Assembly: GCA_964304625.1 (NCBI GenBank)
Contig: OZ199838.1
Location: 15,964,064-16,021,530 of the forward strand
DNA from: Kudoa neothunni
Taxonomy: Eukaryota > Animalia > Cnidaria
Length of the DNA: 57,467 bases
Reading direction: 5' to 3'
Part shown: positions 1 through 13,400 of the stretch, piece by piece
How the letters are laid out: each line of letters starts with the position of its first letter
How positions within the stretch are numbered: position 1 is the first letter of the stretch
Translations under genes and position numbers: made by a program
The notes under the pieces: model-generated
Database searches by the model: none
Seen by the model: only the letters and a program-made list of their open reading frames with translations
What the model was told of the DNA's origin: nothing

Positions 1-960
1 AACAGCCGAATAAACCCAAAGCTTTTCCATCTTCTACGACTATGATGTCTAATAGAGCGTCGACAACATTCTCTTTGCTATAATCGAAGTATCGGACCAC
101 AACTTCTAAGACTTGTGTGACTGAAATATCAGTACTCTCGTCAATGATTGGAGAAAACTTTTGAGATCTACATATTTTTGATATGTAGGTATTTTCCTCA
201 AAAGCTAAACCGTCTTATACAATATAGAACAATTTGGTTCTTTTTAATGATAAATTTTCAGCAATTTTAATCATAAGGAGGAAATGATCAACACAACTAA
301 AAGGGATATTTTGTTTTAGCAACTTCATTTTCTATCATTGATAGTTTGCTAGATTTTAAAAAGAGTTATGTCAACATTAGATTTAGAAGTTTCAACGTTT
401 TTGACATGTTTAGTGGTGTTTTTATGCTTGAAAAGCATTTATTTATTTGCATTATTAAGTACAGATTTACAGCATTTACAATAAGTAGAGTTATGATCTT
501 TAATATCTTGAGAAAAGCAGTATTTTAATCTTCCTCTTTTAGCCAATTTTTATTAAAATACATAGCATATCATGTTCTTTTTTTGGTTTTGGCGCGAAGA
601 ATCACTCATAATTTATGTCTAGTATAGATCGATTAACTCACAATTATATACTTCACAGTTCAAGATATTTTTCGAAATGACGTTTAAATTTTCTAATAAT
701 GTGCGACGGTGTACTGAGGAATTATGTAATCTTGCCACGTTAAACAATCTAATGTGTGTAGTTCAATATATTCAATATTTAAACCCAGCATGATATAATC
801 TGAATAGGATACGTTATTAAAAATATAAATATTACTGTCCCATGTTTAAATTTTGGTGTTATTATTCAATGTTTTCAAGTTTTGAATAAAAACTCCATGA
901 ACTCAAGGTGATCATAAAAAACCCAAGATCTTGGGGAAACCCCAAGCGTTGGCAGCCCTG
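1..960 (-). mobile_element. Decayed hAT DNA transposon (one end plus transposase fragment)
   Basis: TIR CAGGGCTGCCAAC at 960; minus-strand FSPIIDESTDISVTQVLEVVVRYFD at ~80-170 matches the hAT first catalytic-Asp motif. Confidence 0.8.
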
Positions 961-1132
961 GCAACCCCGACTCGAGGGCACCTCGAACCAATTTCTCATT
1001 TTAGTGCCCACGACCCCTCACCTACTGTGTATACAACGGATAAATGAAATTTAATATAGAGATGCATTCATTTAGGATAACAAACATTTTAATTATTTAT
1101 TATTACCTATCAAAAAAGTATAAGTTAATTAC

Positions 1133-1414
1133 CTTCTATTGTCAACTTCTTCACGCCATTTAGTTGTAAAGATTCAAATGCAAATTGATGACTTTTCGAT
1201 TGGTCCCGGATGTTCGTCGTTTTTAATTGGCACAATTTTTCCACGCACGTTAAATATTCAAATTGATCATTCAAACTTTTCATCGGTTTTCCATCAGCGT
1301 CATATAGGGACCACTTCAACGAAATTTCAGCAAAATCTTGAACTAGTATAAATTTAATATTTATAACATCATCATCGTCGCCGTATGTATATTCGATTTG
1401 GAATGTGCTTCGGG
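1133..1414 (-). CDS. Array exon R8 (282 nt, phase 1-1)
   Basis: ttttag|CC CGA AGC ACA TTC ... ATA GAA G|gtaatt; RSTFQIEYTYGDDDDVINIKF...KWSLYD...C...C...KLTIEG; open. Confidence 0.85.
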
Positions 1415-4400
1415 CTAAAACATTTATTAAACTGTTAATACAAGTAGAATAATGTTTGATAGATAAATTAAAAAATATTTAAAAGGAAGAATAGTTTTAA
1501 ATTTAAGATTTTAAAAATCATCGAATTATTTATTATATTAATGTGAAATAAATTAGAGGGATAATAAAAACCTTAGTTAGAGTGTGTTTTAAATTTAATC
1601 TTTAAAGTTCGAAATACGTTAACTTATGGGTCGTACGTAATGAATTTTCTTCATTTGAAACAGAGATTATGGCTTGTGCACAAGCAGGTAAAAAAATATT
1701 GGACTCTCTCCAAAAAGTTGAAATAATAGAATATTATCAAAAAGTAGCCAGTAAATCAACCACTAAATTTGAAAAAATGATCATTGATGTAAAAGCAAGA
1801 TCTGTCTTAAATACTATTATAAACATACAGATTGGTTATTTTAACATTATAACGATTGTTCTGTTCCAAATTAATAGAAAATCTCGGAGGGAAAAATGTG
1901 AATATTGATCTACACGTGAAAAAGGTGGACTGAATTGATGAGGGCAAAAGATTGAGGATGACTAATAAGCTTTTATCGTTAAAGTTGTTGAATTCCTTAT
2001 GATTCCTCGCAGTCCATATTTGTATCTACTAATTGGTTTACGGCTTTATAAAAAGATTTAACTTTTCGCATAATACACTTCTTCACATATCTTCAAATTA
2101 CAAATCATTTACCTTAAAAAATATCGCAAATATTCAACTAAATAATATGCTAATTGATCAAAATATGGTCTAAATTTGCAAGTTTTGTTTAATTTCGCAT
2201 GTGTCAAGTTATGTGTCGTGTGTAGGGTTTCAAAAAATCGAGGGTATAGGGATTATCCTCTGGTTCGAACAGATTAATTCAATGTATTCTCAAGATTGTG
2301 TGATTCGTTCACAGTGGATGTTTGTAATCAATGTTAGGAGAAATTTTCTTATCAAAATTCAGCAGTACATTTTTTTGAATAAAATTTTTTATTCCTTTTA
2401 AAGTATCGGCTAAACTAAAGTACTACAATATCTGTGGATAACTTCGGGCGATGTCGCATACAAAATCGGAAATAAATTCTTTTCCTACAATTCGTCCTGT
2501 ATATTCAGTTCTTTTATTTTAGTTCTTATCACAATAATTATATTATGTAGTTAAATTAAAGTTAAAATGAATAAATCTATAAACTGGAAATAAATCTTAA
2601 GTTGAGCACATTCGAATTCACGTGGAATCTCTATATTGTTGATGAATACATCCAAAAATTATTATTTCTACATAATTATAAAAAATCCGAAATCGTTAAT
2701 TTTGTACAGTATTTTATTCATTTGTATATAAAAAAATAAGTTTGTGGATGTTCAGTCTTGACTTTGTATTTTAAAAACTGAACTTTCTGATTTATTCTAT
2801 GAAAAATTAGAACGAAGATGTTTCAACTTAATGATAGCATTTTTATTGTGGTTTTTAGTTTATAAATTTTTTCTGGTAGTTTATTCATAATCAAAAAAAT
2901 TTTACAACAATATTTGTTTCAAAATTCCATCATGACAATTTTAAATTTATATTATTAAGTTTTCCTTTTATTTTCATCTATAAGGCAACTAATAAAATAC
3001 TAAATAATTACTTTTTAATTAAATTTAACTTTAAAGTGGAGTAATAGTCACGAATGCAAATATACGATTTTTAAGCATTTCAAATGAAATCAACTATGAA
3101 TGTGCATTAATCCAAAGCATTTTTTATTAGTTATCTCAACAATATAAGAATGGTGTTAAACCTAAAATTAAACATTTATTACCTAGTTTTTGAATATAAA
3201 GTGAAATATTAGGTCATATTTTATAATCTACCTTAATAATTTTGTGTGGTTGAACGTTTCAAGCGTTTTAAACTAATATAATTAATTTACAGAGTTGTAT
3301 TATCTATTAAAATATATGTAAAAATTAGTAACAACCACAAAACGTTGGAATCAAGAAATCCCTATCCGAATACTTAATAATCATCATTTCAACACATAAT
3401 CACCCTCGTTTTTTAAAAAACTCTCTTCGACCCTCAAAATACACCCTCAGTTTTTTAAAGGCCTAGTCGTATATAATGATTCTAATTTCCCTTTTGATTA
3501 TGTACGACCCATAATTTACTGTATATACATCAAAAGCCGTATATAACTATCAGTTTCTGAATTTCCAAATTTTTGATTCAACAATAAATGAAATTAAATA
3601 TAGGTGGTGTATTTATTGGAGATAAAAAAAAATTATGCTTATTTTTTATTTATTTGTACAAAATATGTATGATAATTACCTTCTATTTTTAACTCCTTCT
3701 TTCCAATGAGAAGTAAAGATTCAAATTTAAATTGATAACTTTTGGACTGATCCTGAATTTGTTTTGTTTTCAATTGACATATTTTGCTTTCGCATGATAA
3801 GTTTACAAGTTTTTCATCTGAACTTTGCACAATCTTATCCTGAAAATCACGTAAATACCATTTCAAAAAAATTTCATTAAAATTTTCTGCTAATATGAAA
3901 TTTATATTTATAATATCTTTGTCGTCATATGTATAGTTGATTTTGAATGTGCTTCGGCCTAAAACATTTTTATACCTTTTAAATAAATGGAATAATATGT
4001 TAAATAGATAAATTAAATTAAAAAACAGTAAAAAAATTAATTTAAATTTTATAGTTGTAAAATTCATATAAATAAAAATTGTTATGAAGAGGAAATTGTT
4101 AGGATAATACAGATCCTAGATGAAGTAAGTAATACATTTCACTCATCAATGATAGCAAAATAAATTTAAACCAAAAACTATAATTTAAAATCAATTTTTA
4201 ACGTTGCCAATTCTTTATTTAACAATAAATGAAATAATATTTAGATGATGCATTCATTAATGATAAATATTTTCTATAATTATTTTTCTATAAAATTGGT
4301 ATAAGAAAATTACCTTCTATCTTCAACTCTTTTACGCCATTTAGTTGTAGAGACTCAAACTTAAATTGATAACTTTTGGACTGGTCGTTGATTTTTGGCG

Positions 4401-7400
4401 TTTTTACATTGCAAAATTTATCCACGCATGGTAAATATACAAATTGGTCATTCAAACTTGTCGCCAGTATTTCTCCAGCGTCATTTAGAGACCATTTCAA
4501 CATAATTCCAGTAAAATGTTGATTTAATTTAAACTTAATATTTATGACATCATTATCACCGTATGTATACTCCATTTCGAATGTGCTTCGTCCTAAAATA
4601 TTTATTATAACATCAATAAAAGGAAGAAAATAAGTTAGAAAGGTAAATAAAATTAGAAAAAGAATATTTTAAATTTTACTGTCAATTAATTTTAATATTT
4701 CTACCGGAATCATTAATGATGAAAACAAATAAAATCCAATATATTACGTAATAATGAACTAGCAACGAAGAAAAAATCAATATCTTTATGTATGATACTT
4801 AAAAGTTTTAATTATCTCTTAAGGGGGATAAAAATTAAAAATGGATAAATTTATAGAACAAACCATTTTTTCGAGAGTTAAAATCACATCACGTGATTTC
4901 GCTGCTCATTAAACCTCCCAGGACGGATGTAAATCCTCGCAGACCTTAATACACACTTTTTTTCGTTTTTCTATACTCAAGATTTATGTAATTAGTTTAG
5001 GTTCTTTGTAATCCTATAGAAAAAACTAGTTTTCAATTTTATTTTTAATATACTTAAAAAATAATAAAACTTGTTTTATATGAAAAACTTTCGGAATTCA
5101 TTTCAACTGTATATTTGTATATATCAGTACAATTAACCCTCTTACCCACGTTGATGGGTCAAAATGACCCAGCCGGACTTAGATTTAATCAGTGTTTACT
5201 TGTTTACACACACAAGGGAACAAATATTTTATCTCTAATTTATTTTTGAAACTTAAATATTATATTATATCATTAAAATGTGTTATTATTAAAGATATTT
5301 TAAGACTCTATACATACACAAAAAATCTCGTTCCTCACTAGTTTTTAATAACTCTGAATAATATTCAAGCAATTGACAGTGTATTTTGAAAAAGGAGCGT
5401 TCGTTTACTAGAAAAACTAGTAATATTAAAATATACTAAAAAATATTAAAGAAAAAACTCTCTTATTCAAACAATTGACCTAGATTGTAACTCAGCGAAA
5501 ATTTACTTGTTTAGAAATAGAAAAATCTCCAAACAACTGTTTTGATTAATACATAATTTATATGTGAGAGGGGATATTTTAAATTCCATATTATAACCAG
5601 AGTATTAAGACTTCCATGATGAGATTGATTTTAGCAATAAGGCCATTTACACGGTTGTAGCGTAAGATCTATCAACATTTAACTCGCATTCGAAGACTAA
5701 CTTATTTAGTGGCCGTTTTTAAAAATTAAACACGTACCTATACATTCGCTCAACTTGAAGTTGCACACATCCGTATTTTCCCTTTCATTAATCTTCTAAA
5801 CCATCAACAATCAATATACTTAATAGAGTCATTTTTTGTAATTGAAACTCATTCTTTATGTATTTAATAATATATTCAACAATAAAATCTAATATTTCAT
5901 TTCCCAGTAAATTTAATAACGAAAAAAGTGGAGTTTCGCATTTTTTAATGCAATATTTTGAAGGGGTTTTTATGTTTGAAAATGTTCCTTGCATCAATTG
6001 TCTTCGAATAAGTGTTGGCTGTTCAGAACATTTTTTCCATCCTCAAATGACATCGAGTAAATTTATTCATTGAAAACATCAATTTCATTATCGGGATAAT
6101 AGTAATCCCACCATTTGAGGCTCTTAATTATACAGTTACGAAATTTGGAATTAATTTATTCAAAAGGGGGATCGTATTCAGTGAATAAAGAATTCATTTT
6201 GTCACATGTACGACTATTATCAGCAATATCCAAATTTTTTATGCAATGATAAAAAATTTGATGAGTTTTCTATAACAATTAATGAGACTATCTTATATCA
6301 AAAAACCATTTATAAAAAATAAATGCTTTCTCGCAAAATTTGGAAAAATAAGAATTTTCTCAAAAACGTTGAGGTTCATTTTGATCTCATCGTGAGGAAC
6401 CTGATTATTTTAGCCTGTTAAAGAGAGTTAATCATATTAAAAGTATAAAAATAAATTAACTACTCTAGATGTAATAAATAATGTAAACTCTCGATTTCGT
6501 ATCTTTTTAGACCAAGGAAAAGTTTCGCAATAACAAGAAATTACGCAACATCGAGACACGCACATGTGTAACTAATACAAATAATAATTTTTTAAATATT
6601 TATTTGGTTTCCCAGTTTTGTTGGTTTTTCGGTGTAAGGAGTGGTTATAAGAATTGTAACCAAAGTTGACATATAGGCTATCATTAGTAGAATGATATTA
6701 CAACACCGCCTTTATTAGCCTTTAAGCTCAGGTTCGAACCCTATACACGAATATTCACTACATAGTACTGTTTTTTTAGATTAAATATGTATATAATATT
6801 CCTCTGATTACGTATTATTTTCGATTTTGATTTTAAAAGGATTACACTCAACAATTTAAGCTAAACAATAGCATGAACATCAATTTTTCCTCCTTCTCAC
6901 AGTTTTTACACCTTATACAAAATTTAACCTTTGAAATTGGGGTTCTAAGTTCATATATTATTAACCTTTTCATATCAAGACAAAATTATCCAAAAATATG
7001 CTAAAATATATCGAGTTACTCAGAGTCGAGAATTTACTGTAAAGATAAAATGGGAAACATTCCGTGATTGCAGCAATTCTATCGATCATGGATGTGCATA
7101 CTTTTATATTCGGATTGCACGGAGATAATATGTTAAGATAGCGGACTGCACCATTCAAAAATAACTTTTTATATTAACATTCGAATACAAATAGAACAAT
7201 GATTTTTTAAGGTTAATTAATTTATTTCAAATCGAATAGGTGAAATCACTTGAGAAATTATTTTTTATGCAATGAAAATCATATACATAATGAATGTTTC
7301 CTAAGATAAAATTTTGCCGAGATTCGTAATAAAGATCTCGTGGGCCACACTGGAACCTCTCGCGGCCCGTAGGTTGCCCATCCCTGCTTTCAACGTTCGC

Positions 7401-10400
7401 CGATCTTTTCATGTTCTATCTTTTGCTTTGAATATAGACCGGACATTTAAAAAATATTTAAATATTAAAAATCTATTCGTTGTAATTTATTAGGGAAAAA
7501 TTATTATCATACATAATGGCGGGAACGACTTACTGTATATTCAGTGTCACCAACCGTGTCCGATTTCGGAAAAAATGGCCAAAATTGTCCGAATTTTTTC
7601 CATGCGTCCTATTTTTACTCTTGTTCTTCGAAAGACTGAATAATCTCAAAACAAATTTTCGATGATACGGAGTTTTTTAAAATTCACAAAAAATGGAATT
7701 TAATCGTTGCTGATTTCATTACAAGAAATCTTCGAGTAGATAATTTTATACTTGGAACAATGCTTTATTTCAAATTAAAATAACTGTAATATAAGTTCAT
7801 TAAACATAAGATACAATTAGGAATTTTAATAATTATTAAATCCCACGTAATACAAAAATTTATCAATATAAACACGTTTTTAAATTTTATACTTCTGTTA
7901 AGACCAACATTTTGGATTTTTTATCATTATATGCGACAAGGAACAGTTTTATCGTGACCATGAACCATTTTGGAATTATTACGAAGAGATATTTATGTTT
8001 GAATTAAAAAAAAGACTCTGATGTTGGTGATATCCATTGCTAAGTAGTTATCATTATAAGTGTTTGTTATCAATTGTCAAAAAATCCTAATTTCAGGTAT
8101 TATCTAAAAAAATTAAAATTTAACTAAATATTATCTACTTGACTAATTTCTCTTAATTTTAATGAATGAATGGTCGCATATAAAAATAAAACCTCATCTA
8201 GGTATAGTATAGTTGTTGCGTGAAATTCAAAAGTCGAACGATAGACTGTAATAGAATTGTTTAAAATTAACGGAATTGAATAGGCATAAACAAAGTTTGT
8301 TGACTAAATTATTAACAACCACCTTTTAGGTCATTGTTGCACGACAAATAAATTTTAATTCTATCGGAAAATACCACACATCTTTATTTTTATTAACTCT
8401 GATTAACGCTTTTTCGGAAAGAGCATTTTCCCTTCTGAAATTATCGAAAAAATCAGAATAAATAGAATGTTGTGCCTTACATTAGATGATCTTGTTCTAA
8501 TGAGGAATTTTTTCAACATATTGACAAAATGATGTCATAAATTTGAAGTTTCTTAATTAATTAAAAATTAACGTAATTTTTATACGTATAATTAAATATT
8601 AATTCCGTTTCTACAAAAAATTATGATTTTTCCCATTTTATGCGGCCAAAATTTTGCCAGATGTCGGATTTGGGTTGGCAGCGCTGCGTGTAAATCTTCT
8701 AATTCTAACGGCCGTCGGAAATAATTATCACTCGTTCAACATCGTAAACATAAATATCGATTTTTCTCAATATTTAATGACAGTAACGTTTTGAGATTAC
8801 AATACTTTATTTTTTATAATTATACAAATGTTTTTAAAAAATAAAAACGTGGCGTTTTTCTGGGCCCTAAACTGCATGAGGTAAGTATTTGATATAAAAT
8901 CCTAAAAAACAAAAAATTAATAATTTAAAAATGAATTATGAATATATAGCAACTTTTAGAAGAATAAATGTTGGTTTTTACCGATTTAACGTCTTCAATG
9001 TACGGTGAATTGAGAATTGAGATGAAATCCGGCCCGTGGTGCATTTGGAACCCAAAAATACTTGGAGGGTTCATTAATTAATTTATTAATTAATTAAATA
9101 TGCATGTATATACATTGTATATTTAATAACGTAAAAATATTTATAAATTATAAGCATCTTGAAGTAATACAAATAATAAATATATTAATGAGGAAGAAAT
9201 GGGCAGCATAATGCAAATCCTAGTTGGAGAAAATTTTACATTTTGCCCATCAGAGTTAGCAGTATAAATTTATAACAACAATCATAGTGAAGAATCAATA
9301 TTTAAATACTCCAATGCTTGATTTAATGATAAATAAAATTAAATATAGATGATGTATTCATTTATGATAATATAGTTATTTTCATAATCAATAACAATAG
9401 CACTAGTAAATTACCTTCTATAGTCAATTCTCTCACACCCTTTAATCGAGATGATTCGAATGTAAATTTGTAACTTTTGGATTCGTCCTGCTTTCGCAGC
9501 GTTCTTAATTTGCATACTTTCATAGTACACGGCACCTCTTCGAATTTTTCATCTGAACTTTTCACGTTGGTTTCTTGAGTGTTATATAAAGACCATTTCA
9601 ACGTAATTTTATTAAAATCTTTATTTAATGTAAAAGTAATAATTATAACCTCATCATTATCGTATGCATATTCGATTTCGAATGTGCTTCGTCCTAAAAT
9701 ATTTATTATACCATCAATAAAAGAAAGATAATACGTTAGATAGAAAAATAAATTTAAAAAATATTTAAACAAAAATAATTATAATTTGATTATTTGAAGA
9801 GATATAAATAAAAATTATGTTAATAAGGAAGAAATCGGTAGGATAATACAAATCCTAGCTGGAGTAAATTGTACATTTCGTTCATCAATGTAAGCAATAT
9901 TAATTTATAACAAAAAATATAAATAAGAAATAATATTGAATTATGAAAAATCTTGATTTAACAATAAATGAATTAAATATAGATGATCCATTCATTTATG
10001 ATAGAAATTTATCCAAGTTATTTTTTCTATCAAATTAGTATAAAATATGTACCTTCTATTATCAACTCTTTTACGCCATTTAGTTGTAATGATTCAAATG
10101 TAAATCGAAATCCGCTGGATTGTTCCTCGATTTTAGACATTTTTAATTGACATAAATTATTATTGCACGGTAATTTTATGAATTTTTCGTCGGAACTTGT
10201 TACCGGTTTCCTTTCAGTATCATATAAGGACCATTTTAGCGAAATTTCAGCAAACTCTTGAACTAATGTAAATATAATATTTATAACATCATCGTCGTCG
10301 TATGCATATTTGATTTCGAATGCACTTCGTCCTAAAATATTTATTATACCGTTAATACATGTAGAATAAAATAATTTATAGAAATATTTAATTAAAAATT

Positions 10401-13400
10401 ATTTAAAAGAAGAAAAAGTTTACGTTTAGGATTTATAAACTCATAAAAATATAAAATATACTCATGTGGAAGTAATTAGTGGGATAACACAAATTTTAAA
10501 CGAAGTAATTTAAATTTCTCTTATCAAAGTTAGCAGTATGAATTTATAACAGCAACCATATTTAAGAATCTGTTTTTAATTATGCAAATTCATGATTTAA
10601 TAACAAATAAAATTAAATATAAATAATACATTCGTTGACGGTAAGAAATGATTATAATTATTTTTACATATTTATAAAAATAATTACCTTCTATCTTCAA
10701 CTCTTTTACACCATTTAGTTGTAGAGATTCAAGTATAAATCGAAATCCTCTAGATTGTTCCTGGATTTTCGACATTTTTAATTGGCATACATAATTTCTA
10801 CACGATAACTGTTCAAAATTGCCTTTCGAACTTGTCACCAGTTCTCCTCCAGCTTCATTTAGAGACCATTTCAACGAAATTGCAGTAAAACCTTGATCTA
10901 ATGTAAAAATAATATTTATGACATTATCAGCGTCGTATGTATATTCGATTTTGAATGTGCTTCGGGCTAAAACGTTTATTATACTATCGATACAATCAGA
11001 TAATAAGTTGGATAGATAAATAAAAATACAACATTTTTAAACATAAGTAATTATAATTTGATCATTTGAAGTCATAAAAGTAAATATTGTGTTAATGAGG
11101 AATAAATTGGTAGAATAATACAAATCCCAACTATTGTATGATTTAGATTTATCTCATCTTTGGCAATAACATGAATAATCAGTGTCAGAACAAATTATTA
11201 ATTATATAATATAGAGTTTTACGAGCTTTAACAACATTGCGTCTAAATTTGGATTGTTAATAAGTATATAAGTCATATTCATACCATGGAAAATATTAAG
11301 TGAATAGAAAAAAACATAAAACAGTTTATTTATATAAAAGTTACAAAATAAAAAATATATTAGTCGACGATTCTTACATAAAAGTCAAAAAAACGAGGCA
11401 ACACTCTCCAACGAAAAAATTCCATGGAATATTTTTTAGATAAATGGAGGAGCAAAATGATACAAGGACAAGCAAGAGTTGAGCATGATCTTTAAATTTA
11501 ATTGATGATTGATACAAAGTGAGTACTCCAGATAATTGTCCTGTATACAATCGGAAGAAGTTTCAATGTGTTTCCAGATGCCTCAACAGGAGAATTAATA
11601 TGGAGTAAATATAAGTTTATGTCATCATCTTCCACTATTATTTTATACGTGAATCAAAAAAATTGAGTTTTTAATTAACCTTGAGTTACATCTGGTGCTG
11701 TGTTAAAGTAGGATTGTTTCTGTTAGGCAGAATCATGTTTATCGCCAGATGTATAAAAATTTAATGTTTAAACTCTACTTATTTTGAAAGATTTTATTAT
11801 TTGTTTATCAGTTAATGTAGCAAGTCCTCAAACCGCGTTGTTAATTGTTAAAGCTCGCAAAACTCTACATTCAAATACTTCATTTAACAATAAATGAAAT
11901 CTAATATAGATGGAGAATTCATATACGATAATAAATGATTGTAGATATGTATAGTATCTATCAGCATAATGTAAGATAATTACCTTGTATCTTCAACTTC
12001 TTATCGCCCTTTAGTTGTAATGATTCAAATGTAAATATATAGTCTTTGGGTTGGTCAAGCTTTCCCAAAGTTGTCATTTGGCATAATTTATCTATGCAGG
12101 TCAATTTTTCGAGTTGGTCAACTAAACTTTCCACCGGATTTTCTTCAGAATCATGTAGAGACCATTTTAATGAAATTTTATCAATCTGTTGGTCTAATCT
12201 GAATTTGATAATTACGTCATTATTGTTATCGTATGTATATTCGATTGCGAATGTGCTTCGGGCTAAAACATTTATTATACAATCGATACAAATAGACTAA
12301 TATGATTGATAGATAAATAAAATAATATTTTTAAAAAATTATAATTTTAGTTTTGTTGTCAATATATTTTAATACTCCGTTAGGAGTCACTAATGAGGAA
12401 ACAGATAAAATCTATTATATTAAATAAAAATCTACTTGTAATGTTGAAATTTCAATATCTTTATTAACTTTACTTAAAAGTATTAATAGACATACAGGGA
12501 ATTAAAACTAATGATGGATAAATTTTACATAATGAATCAGTTTTTTAAGAATTAAAATCGTGACACGTGATTTTTCGCTCATTAATAATTTTTTGATAAA
12601 ATTTAAAATTAATAATTTCACTTTAATTAAAAAATATAAAAAATAATCACACATAAAACAGATATAAAAATAATGAAATCGCTATATAGAAATTTTTTAA
12701 AGCTCTGTAGACTCTCCATTTTTTTATGACGTTAAATGATAAAAATATATAATATTATATATAAAATATGTACGTACATTATATATTCAAATGGGTTATT
12801 GTTTATAAATATATTAAAGTATAAATATTTATATATTTTAATCTCTTTGAAAAGTCACAGATATTCAAAAAATATTAATGAGGAGTAATTTGGCTGAACC
12901 AAAAATTCTAATTTGAATGTGTTTTACACTTAACACATCAAAGATAGAACTGTATATTTAACATTAAATATCAATTATGCAATATTAAAATTCTAAATAA
13001 AATATAGATATTGTATTTATAGATGATAATAAATTATTAACTAATCTATGAAAATATTATAATTTAATTACCTTCTATCGTCAACTCCTTTACGCCAGTT
13101 AATTGAGAAGATTCGAATAGAAATTGATAACTTTTCGAATGATCCAGCGTTCCCAATGTCCTCATTTCGCATACTTTATTTTTACATGATACTTTTTCGA
13201 ACTCCATATTTGAATTTTTCACCATATTTTGATGAGTATCACGTAAATACCATTTCAATAAAATTTCATCGTAATTTTGTTCTAATGTGAAATGAATAAT
13301 TACAACATTATTATCGTCGTATGTATATTTAATTTGGAATGTGCTCGGATCTAAAACTCTTATTATACTCTTAATACAAGTAGAAAAATACCTTTGGCAA

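Noticed and set aside
6686-6750. tRNA-like B-box GGTTCGAACCC (similar GGTTCGAATC at about 45388)
   Set aside because: No cloverleaf could be folded. At most these are degenerate SINE heads.
1395-13352. Recurring GAATGTGCTTCG motif as a CRISPR-like or regulatory repeat
   Set aside because: It is the conserved 5' end (RSTF) of the repeated exons next to the splice acceptor. Spacing is 634 bp or more and the context is eukaryotic.
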